The translations under genes and the position numbers were made by a program. From assembly GCF_009914755.1 (NCBI RefSeq), contig NC_060928.1: DNA of 64,000 bases. One strand, given 5' to 3'. Source of the stretch: the human T2T-CHM13v2.0 reference genome, Homo sapiens. The notes beneath the pieces were generated by a model, which worked only from the letters and a program-made list of their open reading frames with translations, ran no database searches and was not told the origin of the DNA. Positions 49,901 to 64,000 of the stretch are shown piece by piece. Each line of letters starts with the position of its first letter. The stretch's first letter is position 1.

Positions 49901-52900
49901 TCTCAGTAGTCTCATTTCCTCATTATATATGTAAGTGATTTCTCACTTACGAAAAATTTAGCTTTATTTCATAGCCCAGTGTAATTTTTTGTTTGCTTGG
50001 TGGTTTGTGTGTTTATTTTAAGCCAGGTCAGTTTTTTGTGGGTAAGTGGAATACAAATAAAAAATGCATTCGGAAGTCAGAAACATATAGATATCAAGTG
50101 TTAAAAATTAGCTATTAACATTTTCATATTGAACACATTCCATAATTATATATGAAGACTACAGGTCAGTCTTTCCTGCACTGCTGCTGGGTGTATATGG
50201 GAGCTGGATGGAATGATTTGTCAGAAAAGATACTGCTCAAAAAAAAGAAATTCAGTCAATTGCAGACTGTCAATATGAGTTCTCATCTATAAAAGGGGGC
50301 TGTAGTGTGGAAATCATTGTTATTCCAGAAAGAATTACTTCAAATGAACTGTTTCTGACATGTCCAGAAATAATTGGCATGAAAATCATGACTAAAACCT
50401 ATACCTAACAGCCTGGAAGTAGGTCTGATCATCAAAAACCAACACAGTGTAGCATTTGAATGTCTATTCTCACCATGGGCAGTGAAAACACAGCCATGGA
50501 AACTCCATAATATTGATGTACAGAGCTGTTCTTAAACATAACTTTGGATTGTGTTGGACTCCTTCTTAGAATGGCACCAAGTAACCACCAGTATTCACCT
50601 CCAAACATTGCTGTGATAATCAGAGCTCAGAATCAGTTGTTAACAATACATAATTTACAGTTCCTTCAGAGATATGTCTTCTTTTGCTTTAGATGAGATC
50701 AAGAAAATTGTAGGAAAGGTCTTTTTCTCAGCTGTTACCCTTTTGCCCATCGATCTAAGACAAGTGGCCTAACCTAGCTAAAGGATGGCACAAACAGCTA
50801 AGGATGCCCAAGATGGATTTCCAAGGAAGTTTGCCAAAAAGACTTGCCAGATTTCTAATCATTCAACATGGACACTCCATCTTCAACAGCAGGAGTCAGT
50901 GCTGCCACATTACTAATGTTTGGCAGCCTCTCAAAACTTGCTTTGACCATTTCCATAGAGATTTGGATGACGCCTTACACAACACGTAGTACGTTCTAGA
51001 GGCTCATCTGTCCATATTTAGTCTTCATTTGTTTTTTTACAAGAGTTGATTTTGTTAGGAAACGTAGTATTCAACAATAATTTTCTGCTACTCTCAATTC
51101 CTAGGTAGTCGTACAGTGTCCAGAAGGCAAAAGGACAAGTATGCACTGCCCTACTTACCTACTTTCCACACTGCTGCACAGGAAAATCTGACAGAGGACA
51201 ATAACAAACATCTCACCAGCTCATGCGTTCTTTTTTGATCCTAATTCCGAGAGACTCACCAAAGACATGAAGAGAAAACAAACAATACTTTTCTTGGAAA
51301 TATTGTAATTGCTGGTACATTTGTTGTTCTGGCATAAAGTAGAAATTGTCAGGTAAACATTGCTTCCTTTTGGATCAAAAAGAAATTTAACCAAATAAAT
51401 GCAAGAGGTATGAGGGAAGATAATGGGAAATAAATGAGATTTGAGAAATCAGTGGAGGTTCAAGTGGTTTTTTTTTTCTTTTGTAGTTGATAATACTCTG
51501 TTTTAAATCAGTGAGTTTTACTTATATATGTTTGTCCTTTTTTTTTTCTAGTTACCAGAACAATACTCAGTGAACTTATGAATATATGGTAAATATTAAA
51601 CACATCCCACTTGGATGAGAAGATATGTGAGTCGATGAGTATAGCTAAGTCTAAAGTTAGATGTGTTCCATAAACATAGTGTTTATGGAGTTGGTGCATA
51701 TTCACTTCTCAGTAAGTTACACTTTCTTAATTTCTTTTTGGTGCTAGGTGATATTCTGCTAAGTACACATAAGTATAGTAATATTGGTTAGTAAACTAGT
51801 AAAATGCTCCCCTAGCTATTAGTAAATAGCTTCTGCCTTGTGTCTCCAAAATATCTCTACCATTATCCTGATCTTGATTGCTATTTTATATTAAAAGACA
51901 TGTGAATGTATATGAACATTTAAAAAATTGTTATTTCTTATTTACCTTTAAAAATACAGTGTGCTGTACTAGTACTACTACTAATAAATAGCATCATTGA
52001 CTCATAGATCACTTACTATCAGCCAGGCAGTCCTAAGTATTCCACTTACATTAACTCACTTAATGCATGCAACAATGCTATGAGGCACTATTTTTATCAT
52101 TTGCATATTTACATATAAGGAAACAGAGACACTAATATTAAGTAGTAATAGACATAAATGGGAGTCGAAGTTCCATAGTCTATTAATAGTTTTGGAGTTC
52201 AGGATAGTCTCTATTACTCTAACCTACCTCATTAAGCAGCATCCTTGACTATTCTAGGTAAAGAGTATTGTATTCTTTTCTAAGATAAAAACATGACTTG
52301 CTACTATATTTGTTTGGATTCAGCTTTACTGGAACACAGCTTAGCTTTGACATTTACAGACATGGGTTAGGTTTCATTTTGTTGCAAGATAAAAGGCAAT
52401 CTGATATTTAGTTTACCTGCAAAAGGCAGTTAGGAAGCCCTAGAGGAACCTAATTAAAATGCAGCACATTTCCAAGGCACCATATCTTGCTGTGTTGCCA
52501 TAGAAACAACGAGGATTTCTGGTCACTGACCTTCCAGGGAATCTGAGGATGTATTTTCATAAGGTTCATAAGAGAAGCCATCCTAGTATGTTAACCTATA
52601 GTTGCAGATCAACTATACGTTATGGAAATTCCCTATGCAATTCTAGCCAATTTTAAAACCAAATTATACTAGCAAAACTTACTAGAGGCTCAAACTAAGG
52701 GCTCTTTGAAGGAATGTGGTTTAACTGCTTCCAATATAAGATTTCAAATAATTAAGGATACTGTAGTAGCAGCAAAAACATTAAAGAAAAGCTTAGGTAA
52801 TTACACAAAGAACATTGGAACTAAAATCATATTTAGGAATAGTTTCAATGTTATATCTATTCTATTGCATTTTGGGTTCTTCAATTCTAGGCTTACTCAA

Positions 52901-53274
52901 AGGATAAAACGAACATTACTGCATCAATCAACTACACCTAGAAAATCAAACTTTATTATACAATATTAAGTTGCTAATATTATTTATACCTGTAGATTCT
53001 TAATTCATGCCCTTTACTATCTATTTATAAATTCATTCATTCCATTACTAAATATGTATAATTGACAATCCCAGTTATACCTTAATTTATATTTTTTTGT
53101 CTATTTGACATAAGCCAAGTACCCATGCCATGATTCAACACAGAAAATTACAAAGCCCACCTTACTGTAGACTGATGCTCTTATTGCATCAACATTCGTA
53201 TCTTCCACGGAAAATAATTAACTTAGTTCTATAATCAGGATATGCCTGGTTTATTTACAAGGAAATATCTATCA

Positions 53275-53604
<330 letters not shown>

Positions 53605-53609
53605 AGAAA

Positions 53610-53756
53610 TCTCTCTATATGTATCTATAGATATAGATATATGTTTATAGATATATAGATATACAGAGACATATATATAGAGATGAGAGATATGTGTACA
53701 CATATATATAGATACACATTTTGTGTGTGTTTGTGTGTGTGTGTGTGTGTGTATGT
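53610..53756. repeat. Compound (TA/GA)n(TG)n microsatellite
   Basis: Visible dinucleotide mosaic. Confidence 0.9.
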
Positions 53757-53964
53757 TTGTCTTCAGGCACCTGAAGAAAAACAGATGTACTAGCAAAACT
53801 TACTAAAGGCTCAAACTCTAGTAAGTTTTCTTTAGGTACCTGAAGAAAAACAAATATCTAATTATTATACCTAGAAAAGTGGGGCTATCACCCCATTTCC
53901 TAGACTTCTGGAAGTTTTCTTAAATAGCTGTGTGTCCTCACTCTGACACTATGTGGCCAAGGGG

Positions 53965-54170
53965 CTGAGAGCACAGACTGTGGTACTGTAATGTTGGGCC
54001 TCTTGGCTCTGCCGCTTACTAGCTGTGTGGCCGTGGGAAAGTTATCTACCCTGTGGGTGCCTCCTTTGGCTTATGTGTAAAATTAGAATCATAATGGAAG
54101 CTATTAAGGTTGTTTTGAGAATTAAATGACTTAATATTGATAAATCACTTACATCTATATTTGACACATA
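53965..54170. mobile_element. MIR
   Basis: ggctctgccgcttactagctgtgtggccgtgggaaagttat core. Confidence 0.7.
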
Positions 54171-54460
54171 ATAATTTGTCTAAAGTATAGCCAATAACAG
54201 GGACAGAGCTCATATGAAAATGTCAGCCCTGTTGCACTCTTGCCCTGCCCAAGACAGAAAGAACAAAGTGGGATGAACACATTTCAGATGAAACACAGAG
54301 TTCCATTAGTGTGTGGACAGAGGCAGTCTGTCAGGTTTACAGATTTGAAAAGAAAATGTGTTTTCTTCCTCAGTATGGATTTAGACAGCACTGTCTTTGA
54401 GAATTAATGGTTGTCTTTGAGATGTGTGAATGCATGAGTGTGTTTGTTTTAATCTAGTAG

Positions 54461-55411
54461 TGAAAAGGAAACACTGTTTTTCTTTCTATACACTCACTCA
54501 CAACACTCAATATTTCCAGAACACAATATTTCCGGTTCATTTCTGACACCACATGTGTGTGTGGGGTGTGTTTTCTACACCGAGCAATTCTCCCATTCTT
54601 TGTGGCTACCAACTGGGTGTCCCGTAATTCAAATCAGACACTATCTACCTGGAGTTAGCATTGACCCACAGGTTAAGGACTCAGTTTTACAAGATTTTTC
54701 CCCTTCCCACTGAAGATGACAATCACAAGCAATGAGTCCTCATGTTACTCATAGCTTCTGTTTGACTTGTCTACAAATCCAAGGTCTCCACGGCCCTCTC
54801 CTCAGGTTTGATAATTTGCTAGTGTGATTCACAGACTTCAGGAAAACAGTTTGCTTACTAGATTACCAGTTTGTTATAAAAGGATACAACTCAGGAACAG
54901 CCAGATGGAAGAGATGCACAGGGAAAGGTATGGGGGAGGCGTGGGGAGCTTGCATGCCTTCTCTGGACACACCACAATTCCCAGCACCTCTGCATGTTCA
55001 CCTATTTCAAAGCACTCTGAATCCTGTCTTTTAGGGATTTTTATGGAGTCTTCATCATGGAAGCATTGTTGCTTATTAACTCAATCTCCAGCTCCTCTTC
55101 TCTCCCGTCCCCAGAAGATGTGAATGGGGCTAAAAGCTTCAAGCTTCTTATCATGGCTTGACCTTTCTGGTGACCAGCCCCCATCCAGGAACCCAGCAAG
55201 AGTCACTTCATTAGAAGAGAAGATGCTACTCTCACCCAGGGACTAAGGAGCTCTGTCAGAAAGCAGAGTCAAAGACCAAATATTAGAACAAAAGATGACC
55301 CTAGCACCCCTACTACTCAGGAAATTACAAGGGTTTTAGGAGCTCTTTGTAAGAACTGGAGGCAGAAACCAAATACATATTTTCATATATGTATATATTT
55401 ATTATGTCACA
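54461..55411 (-). mobile_element. MER21-family solo LTR (ERVL)
   Basis: Minus strand TGTGACATAATAAAT...TTTGGTTTCTG...CTCCTAAAACCCTTGTAATTTCCTGAG...CCTTTTCA. Flanks AGTAG/AATAG approximate a 5-bp TSD. Confidence 0.8.
55398..55403 (-). terminator. SNCA: Distal SNCA poly(A) signal AATAAA
   Basis: tttatt on the plus strand, followed in transcript direction by a GU-rich stretch. Distance matches the known ~2.5 kb long-UTR isoform. Confidence 0.75.
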
Positions 55412-56848
55412 AATAGCTACATACTGGATAAGCCAGAAAGATGAGGAAACATGTTTGCATCTCACACTAGTGCAGAGATTCTGAAAAAGACCCCACTTGG
55501 AATACCAAACCACACATTAGATTGTTCTGTTCCCAATTGTGTGCCAAAGTGCACTCTGAACTGTTTTGGTAAAGCCGACCGTGGAGTCATATGAGGCTGA
55601 ATAACTTGGGAGAATGTAAGTCTGCAAAATAAACCTAGGACTGGATTGATCCTCAGGCCACTTGGCAGGTGAATGTCTCGGGAGTGAATATGAGACAAGC
55701 TTCCTGAAAAGGCTTATATGACTTAAAGAACTTTTTGTTTAAGTGTTTGGTCCCAAATAAACTATTAAGATATATAAAGTAATTCACTGCTCAAAAATAA
55801 CTGTCAGATAAATATTAAGGGAAGAAACACTTTAAAGGAGAATTTGTATCCACATAAATCCTTAAATTCATGGTCACAACTTTCCTAATCTCAAATTGTT
55901 CTAGGTCACTGCTATCAGTCTAGTTCTGTCCTCTATTTCTTAATTTAATACCAATACTTTTAAATTTTTAAAATATGCTGCTTTAGGTAGATTTAAAATA
56001 TATCCTAACCGCCACTTTCTAACCTTCCTGAAATATACTGTTCAATAACAAATCCTTTCCTTGCTTAAACATAACTTAAATAAAACAAGAAACTTACCAT
56101 TTCTCTCTAGTGTAAGATGACACATGCAGCTTAGCACTCTGTAGTAGTCTCTCTTCAATTAGGTAAAAAAGGAAGTTTCTATGGTAACCATCCTTATAGT
56201 CACTCATTCCTCCTTCCTTCCTCACCAGCGCCCAATATATATCACATTACTCATGAATACATATAAACTGCTAGCATGTCTAGAATATTCTGTCTTGAAA
56301 TTATACTTTCTACTAGTGACTTTTAGAAATGACTATGCCCCAGAATAATTAAAAAGAGAAACCAAATAATTTTTAAATTAATTTATACAGAGTTTTTCAC
56401 CATCAAGTTTATTTTCAGCACCCATGGGGAGTTAATAGATCTTCCCTGAAAGAGAAAAACCTTTCCTAAGGAAAAATCCTAGAATTCATATATTTGGCAA
56501 CATTTAAAGGAGGCCATGAAATTTTTATCAGTCTAGAGAATTGATCTCCTTTAAGGTGACTCTGGTAGTTCCAACGATGTTTAAAGGCATTTCCTGTAAA
56601 AAAAAAAAAAAAAAAAAAAGAGAGCGAGAGAAAAAGAGAGAGAGAGAGAATTTCTGATGATTAAAAAAAAAAAGTGAGGAATGCTGAGTTAAACAAAGTT
56701 AACCACATTCTCTCAGAGCCTTGAATGTGCTAATATGTGCTAATGTGTCTTATGGCTCTCTAAGGAGGGTGTAGTCAAAATCATCTTCTACACTGCTTAG
56801 TTCCCGGGAACCCACTTTTTTTTTTTTTTTATTCATGGTCGAATATTA

Positions 56849-56854
56849 TTTATT
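56849..56854 (-). terminator. SNCA: Intermediate SNCA poly(A) signal (~1.05 kb)
   Basis: AATAAA ~20 nt before a genomic A-run (56816-56830). Confidence 0.6.
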
Positions 56855-56859
56855 GTCAG

Positions 56860-57105
56860 AAAGGTACAGCATTCACACCAATATCAGACAAAATAGATTT
56901 TAACTAAAAAATTATTTCGAGACAAAAATAACAATATATGTTAATAAAAGGCTCAATTAAAAATGTATAACAATTATAAACACATACACATCAAACAACA
57001 GTTCCCCAAAATACGTAAAGCAAACATTGACAGGATTGAAGGGAGAAATAGACCACTCTACAATAGTAGTTGGGGTCTTCAACACCCCACTTTCAATAAT
57101 TAATC
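56860..57105 (+). mobile_element. L1M ORF2 endonuclease fragment, antisense within the SNCA 3'UTR
   Basis: ORF 57027 translates GLKGEIDHSTIVVGVFNTPLSII, compared with TIIVGDFNTPLS in the L1PA at ~5145. Also atatcagacaaaatagatttt. Confidence 0.85.
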
Positions 57106-57354
57106 ACAGCCACTTAAGGAACCAGTGCATACCAAAACACACTTCTGGCAGTGTTGCTTCAGGGAATTCCGAGTGTAGGGTTAATGTTCCATTTTCTCTA
57201 CCTCTTCTAAAATTCCTCCTTCTTCAAATGGCTATTAATAACTTTATATTTTTGTCCTTTGTGTCAGTTCTTAATTCATGTTGCTTATAAGCATGATTTT
57301 TATTATTAAAGTGAGATGGGATAAAAATAAAATATTTTTGCAATGAGATAACGT

Positions 57355-57360
57355 TTTATT
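57355..57360 (-). terminator. SNCA: Proximal major SNCA poly(A) signal (~550 nt after stop)
   Basis: AATAAA consistent with the known ~0.57 kb UTR isoform. An ATTAAA is also present at 57641-57646. Confidence 0.75.
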
Positions 57361-57442
57361 TTAATTCTCACCATTTATATACAAACACAAGTGAATAAAA
57401 CACATCGCAAAATGGTAAAATTTCATATTTAGTATTTATAGG

Positions 57443-57449
57443 TGCATAG
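57443..57449 (-). promoter_or_regulatory. SNCA: miR-153 seed site (CUAUGCA)
   Basis: tgcatag on the plus strand, 459 nt into the UTR. Established SNCA regulation. Confidence 0.8.
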
Positions 57450-57780
57450 TTTCATGCTCACATATTTTTAAGTATTATATATATTAACAAATTTCACAAT
57501 ACGTCATTATTCTTAGACAGTATCATTAAAAGACACCTAAAAATCTTATAATATATGATAGCAAATCACTAACAACTTCTGAACAACAGCAACAAAAAAA
57601 TAGTGAGGATTTAGAAATAAGTGGTAGTCACTTAGGTGTTTTTAATTTGTTTTAACATCGTAGATTGAAGCCACAAAATCCACAGCACACAAAGACCCTG
57701 CTACCATGTATTCACTTCAGTGAAAGGGAAGCACCGAAATGCTGAGTGGGGGCAGGTACAGATACTTCAATCACTGCTGA

Positions 57781-57788
57781 TGGAAGAC
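57781..57788 (-). promoter_or_regulatory. SNCA: miR-7 8mer site (GUCUUCCA)
   Basis: tggaagac on the plus strand, 120 nt into the UTR. Established SNCA regulation. Confidence 0.85.
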
Positions 57789-57907
57789 TTCGAGATACAC
57801 TGTAAAAACTTTGAGAAATGTCATGACTGGGCACATTGGAACTGAGCACTTGTACAGGATGGAACATCTGTCAGCAGATCTCAAGAAACTGGGAGCAAAG
57901 ATATTTC

Positions 57908-57940
57908 TTAGGCTTCAGGTTCGTAGTCTTGATACCCTTC
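57908..57940 (-). CDS. SNCA: Alpha-synuclein last coding exon (exon 6), aa 131-140 plus stop
   Basis: GAA GGG TAT CAA GAC TAC GAA CCT GAA GCC TAA = EGYQDYEPEA*, preceded by an AG acceptor. Confidence 0.99.
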   Translation of the reverse strand, partial: EGYQDYEPEA

Positions 57941-59217
57941 CTAATATTAGAAAAATCAAAAAGACAGCACACACTGTTAGTATAAGTTTCAATTACGCAT
58001 CAGCACTGACAGCCAATGAGATAGGAAATGGCTCCCCACTTACACTAAAATTTACAATCAATGTTTTTGCAAATATTCTGCAGCAAATATTATCTTATTT
58101 TTAATAGTTGTGTCTTTCTTGTCTGATATAAAAGTGAATTACAGTAGTAGTCAGAGTTAAAATATCTAGGTTCTGATCCGGATGCACCATTTAATGATCA
58201 TATACCTAGTTTGGTAGGACAAATAAGTTGGACTGTCTGGTTCTCAGTTTCTTCACCTGTAAAATGTGAGAACAAAATCAAGCTGTCTATAAAGCCTTTT
58301 CCAGACTAAGATGCTCTAATTCTCAGAAGGAAATTAAGATGTTTGAAGGCAAGATACATTTTCCCTACTTTCACTCTCCCAGTTGAAAATTTCGTCTTCA
58401 TCTATGGCTTCAATTATTACTTGTATTTCAAACCTCAAGCTCTCCATACAGTATCTGGATAGCATCCACAACACAAATATTAATGGATTTAATTAAAGGG
58501 ATCAGATTATTCCTCCTAAAGAGCAACTCTAATAATATCAGGATTCTGCTTAAAAACAAACAAATAAGCATAACTTCAATAACTCAAGTTGTTTTCTGAA
58601 TAGAATACAAGCTGAAATGACAAGATTATCCTAATACTCTATAACTTGTCTTTGACCCATAGCTGCAAATTCAATCTATCACCATTTTCCTTGTTCCTAA
58701 GCTTGAGTCATAATTATTCACTGTTCTCAGACATATCCATTTGCATGCTCAGACATACATGCCTTTGCTTCTGATATTCCCTTGTGCCAGAATGTCCTCT
58801 GTTTGTTTTGACCTACTATATCTCTTACCTTTTCCCACCCAGATCAACATTACCTCCTCAATAAAACTTCTCCTGATTGATTGAAACAGATCTTTAAAAT
58901 GTTTTACTTTTTAGTATGTCTTATATATTTTTGCTCCTGTGATGCCTGGTACATCGAAGACAATCAATTATGTTTGTTAAAGGAATCATAATGAAGAAAT
59001 GAATGAATGAATTTCTATTTTTTTTCATCAAACCTACCAGACTGTAAACTCCTTATGTCCTGGTAATGTCAATTACTCTATAGTTTTCCATTGTGTTTAG
59101 TACTGTGTCTTGCATAAAAGACCCCAAAATATTGGAAATTCTTATTAGGCAAACAAACAATTTAATCTCAATTTCTATAAGTTGAATTATTATCAATATG
59201 CCTTTCGTGTGTCTGTG

Positions 59218-59520
<303 letters not shown>

Positions 59521-60186
59521 TGAGGAATAATACATAACCAAACTACAACATACTTGAACTCAATTTTTAATGGAGCCATTATATAGTTTCTTTTCTTGTG
59601 ATATCTTCATTTGGTTTTGATTATCAGGGTAATATTGGTCTCACAAAATTAGTTGGGAAATGTCTCCTCTTCTGTTTTGTAAGAGATATTAATTGGTGTT
59701 AACTAATTAGTATTAATTCCTCTTTAAATGTTTGGTAGAATTTACCAGTGATGCCATCTCGGCCTGGGATTTTCTTTGCAGGTAGGTTTTTTTTTTTATT
59801 ACTAATTTAATCTATTCGCTGTGTTACAAATCTATTCAGATTTACTGTTTCTTCTTGGGCCAGTTTTATTCATCTAACAGTATTTTCTAATTTCCCTTTT
59901 GATACATTTTCTATTAAAGATACTTTCATTTTCAATCAAAATAAAATTAACAATCATATTGTGTTGTTTAAAACATTATACTGGAATATATCAATTGTCG
60001 CAAATCATGCATTTATCTTTTTATTCTATAACTTGTGTGGGTAACTTTTATTTTACTATGCGTCATCCCATTGGACATGTATGGCAAAAAATAATAACCT
60101 TCCTTTGGCATTCCATTGATTTCCCTAACTTTCCATTTAGAAATTTATTTTAGAATGTAAAGTTTCTAAAAATATATTCTCTAATG

Positions 60187-60355
60187 CAGGGGTTAGTAAA
60201 CTTTTCCTGTAAAGGGTCAAGTAGTAAGTATATTAAGCTATGTGGACTACATATGATTTCTTTTACATCCTTTCTTCCTCTTCTTCATCTTCCTCCTCCT
60301 CTTTTTTTTTAAGGACCCTTTAAAAATGTAAAAACTATTCTTAACTTGCAAGTTG
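60187..60355. mobile_element. MER58-like hAT MITE
   Basis: caggggttagtaaacttttcctgtaaaggg terminus. Confidence 0.65.
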
Positions 60356-60449
60356 TCCACGTAATGAGCATGTAGAGAGCAAATGATTCTCACTAAGCAC
60401 TAATGAAAGAGAAATGTGACAATGACAGGTTTTTGGTACTGTCTTGTTA

Positions 60450-60557
<108 letters not shown>

Positions 60558-60923
60558 CTAATATTTAAAGTAAGAAGCACAAAAAGAACATGATGAAGTA
60601 GCATTTTTCACTTTTAAAAATCAGAACCATGTTTTGGAAAAATCTTACATATAGGGATGTTGGCCACGGATCTTGAAAATGGCACACCTTAATATTACTA
60701 CTGGCATTCTAAACTCCACAATGCCTCCGGGGAAACATTGCGGCAACATGGGTTATCAACCCTCAAAGTATGTAAACTTTTTGCTCAAGTAATTTACTAT
60801 TTAGGAAATAATCCACAGCTATAGTCCAAAGATATTTTTCACAAGATCAATGACAGCAGGAAACAAAATTTTTAGAATTGTTAACTAAATGTTCAATGAA
60901 TAATGAAGAGTTAAAAAATTATT

Positions 60924-61214
<291 letters not shown>

Positions 61215-62589
61215 TTATCATTCAACTACTCAGTAGATTATGATAAAGACCTGTATTACTATTACCTGAGAATTATGTAACAACTACCTATTTATGGTAT
61301 AATATTTAGCAGGCTATAAAGTGTTGTCTATATTATAGATACAACCTACACAGAATTCAGACGCAAAGGTAAAAAGTTTGAAAGAAAACACAATAAAATA
61401 TGAAAGTTATTTTGTTGGATAGTATGTATGTTATTTTGACTTTTTTTCTAAGTGTTTAACTTTTATAACCACTTATAATGTAAAAGCATACATATTTAAC
61501 ACATTAATTTTAAATGACAATGAAGAAACAAATTCTTTTCTGAAATTTGAAGACTGAGACTATACATATTGAAGGAAAATAATCAAATACATGGTCAGAA
61601 AATTTTTCTAGGTATCTCTTCCTAGACAAAGAATACTACAAAACTCAGCCTGAAATGGTCATGGCTTTGTTGGTATTCTTCACTAAATACCTTTTGTTGC
61701 TTTGCATTTATTTCAGCAAAGTAATTATAAGAAGATAAAGGTAAGTGAAAATTCAAAGAACAGAGAGGCAATGTGAGCCTAAAGGGACTTGGAGAAAGAG
61801 ATCAAATAATCCCTCAGCCAACGCGGCTGATTTTCAACAACATGTCTGATGTAAAAAAGCTTCCCCATGTCTTCACATGGAAGTGACTGACAGGGACGCA
61901 GAAGTATAAGAAAATGGCTAACAGTAAGAAAAGGTCACACTAAAGATCATGCTTATGGTAGGTGGGCAGAGAAGCTTACAGATCATTCTGCCCTTGCCAA
62001 TGCCCTTTTTATAAACTAAAAAAAATCCAAATAATATATAAATTAAATAAAATATGAACCACCCCAAACTACCTCACTTTAAAATGTGGAGTAAACATAC
62101 TGTTTTCGTAGTGTTTCACTTCTTGGTAGATACGCCTCTGCTGCAGGATGGCTAGGCACAAGGCCTTCCATGTCACAGGACTTGAGCTCAAGTCCTAGCT
62201 TCTCTAGATGACAGAGCTTTTGTGATGCTGAGAAGTTTCCTATGCTTTTTCTGAGTGTCAATTAGTCTTAGTGATCAAACGGGACAGCAAAACCTTCTTT
62301 ACAACAGGGAGAAGGAAACGACATCATTAACTTTCTCATTAATATTTAGATTACTGTTAGGATATCCAAGTATAAGGGAAATAAGGCAAATTTTTTTCCA
62401 TGATTTTGAAACTGACAGAGATTTGATTTTCTAATATAATTTGTTAGAAAATTTTGATATGGACCAGACAAGTAAATATGGCAGACCTACCCTGTTTGTT
62501 GTTTGATGATCAAAAAGGAGTTGTTATGACGGAACTAAGACTGATGGATATTACTGGATTTGTTTATATGTTATTTGGCTGAACTTTGA

Positions 62590-63030
62590 AGGATGTACAC
62601 AGATGTGTAGGTTAGGTGAGTGTGTGTGTCTGCATGGTTCCAGCCTGGGTGAGTGGGTGTGTACAAGAGCACCCTGCAGTAATGGAACAGCGTCCTGTCC
62701 GGGGTGGGTTCCCATATTGCTCCCTGAGCTGCCAGGATAGGCTCCAACCACCTGCGGCCTCCACCGAAATAATTAGGTAAGTTATTTGACTTGTTTGTAT
62801 TAATCTTTCTTAAACGTATATATAGCTCACATTAATTTCAATGTTTAATGTCAGAAGTGATTTATCTTTATTTAGGAGTTTGATGGTGTTTTTGTGTCCA
62901 GAAATTTGCCATAGGACTTAATTCTTGCTTATATCAATTAGCCAATGGTAAAACTGGTTTTGTTATATGTTGTTTTGCTTCAAGTCACAGTTTCCAGAAA
63001 CTATTGATGAAGTTAAGTGAGGATTTACTG
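62590..63030 (-). mobile_element. MER82-like TcMar-Tigger element
   Basis: Minus-strand terminus CAGTAAATCCTCACTTAAC adjacent to TA. The left end is unclear. Confidence 0.7.
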
Positions 63031-63075
63031 TATTATGTGCCCTCTGATGGAAGTACATACACATCACCATCTTAA

Positions 63076-63580
<505 letters not shown>

Positions 63581-64000
63581 TTAACATTTAACTATCACTG
63601 ACAACTTACAGCAAACATAAGGTGGTGAAAAACATGTTCATTGCTTACAACAGTGGCTACAATCAGCAAATTTTGCACTGTGAGAAACTACACAAGACAA
63701 AGAATACGTCTAATTTCAATAAGTAAATTGCAACTAAAAAGAAGTTAGTGGGAACCTGCCGCTTAAAGTAGAAGTGAGAGAGCATTAGCCAATTGCAACC
63801 TAAGAACTTTATTTCATTCTCATTGGGAACCCGACATAAGCAAATGGAAAACACATATGAGGTAGTTGGGGAAATTTGAACACTGACTTGATATTTAAGA
63901 ATTATTGTTTATTTCTTTAGGTGTGATGATATATTGCAGTTTTACTTCAAAAAGTTCTTAACTTTTACAAATTAATTAAATGTTTACAGATCAAATAAGA

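Larger units (their letters stand above)
55379..57907 (-). other. SNCA: SNCA 3'UTR, long form (~2.5 kb; 3' end approximate)
   Basis: Follows the TAA stop (GAAATATCTTTGCTCCCAG...). Distal AATAAA lies ~2505 nt after the stop. Confidence 0.85.

Overview
This is primate genomic DNA, human or great ape, with no prokaryotic features. It holds the 3' end of SNCA (alpha-synuclein) on the minus strand: coding exon 5 (60474-60557, [28 protein letters not shown]), the last coding exon (57908-57940, EGYQDYEPEA*) and a ~2.5 kb 3'UTR with several poly(A) signals and miR-7/miR-153 sites. The remaining ~55 kb is downstream flank, the region of the Parkinson's disease association signal. It is dense in repeats: a near full-length dead L1PA carrying an HML-5-type solo LTR, LTR12, MER61, THE1, MER21, a decayed ERVL internal region, many Alus, and L2/MIR/DNA-transposon relics. 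No new self-contained genetic system is visible. The most notable observations are: (1) the distal SNCA poly(A) signal lies inside a MER21 LTR; (2) a strong minus-strand acceptor at 31894 could act as an in-frame alternative last exon; (3) inverted Alus bracket the skippable exon 5; (4) a mitochondrial 16S NUMT in intron 4 is interrupted by an AluSc; (5) there are two clear templated-insertion scars; (6) there are paired RFX X-boxes. Repeat subfamily names and SNP identities come from recall, not from searches. Boundaries without a TSD are approximate.
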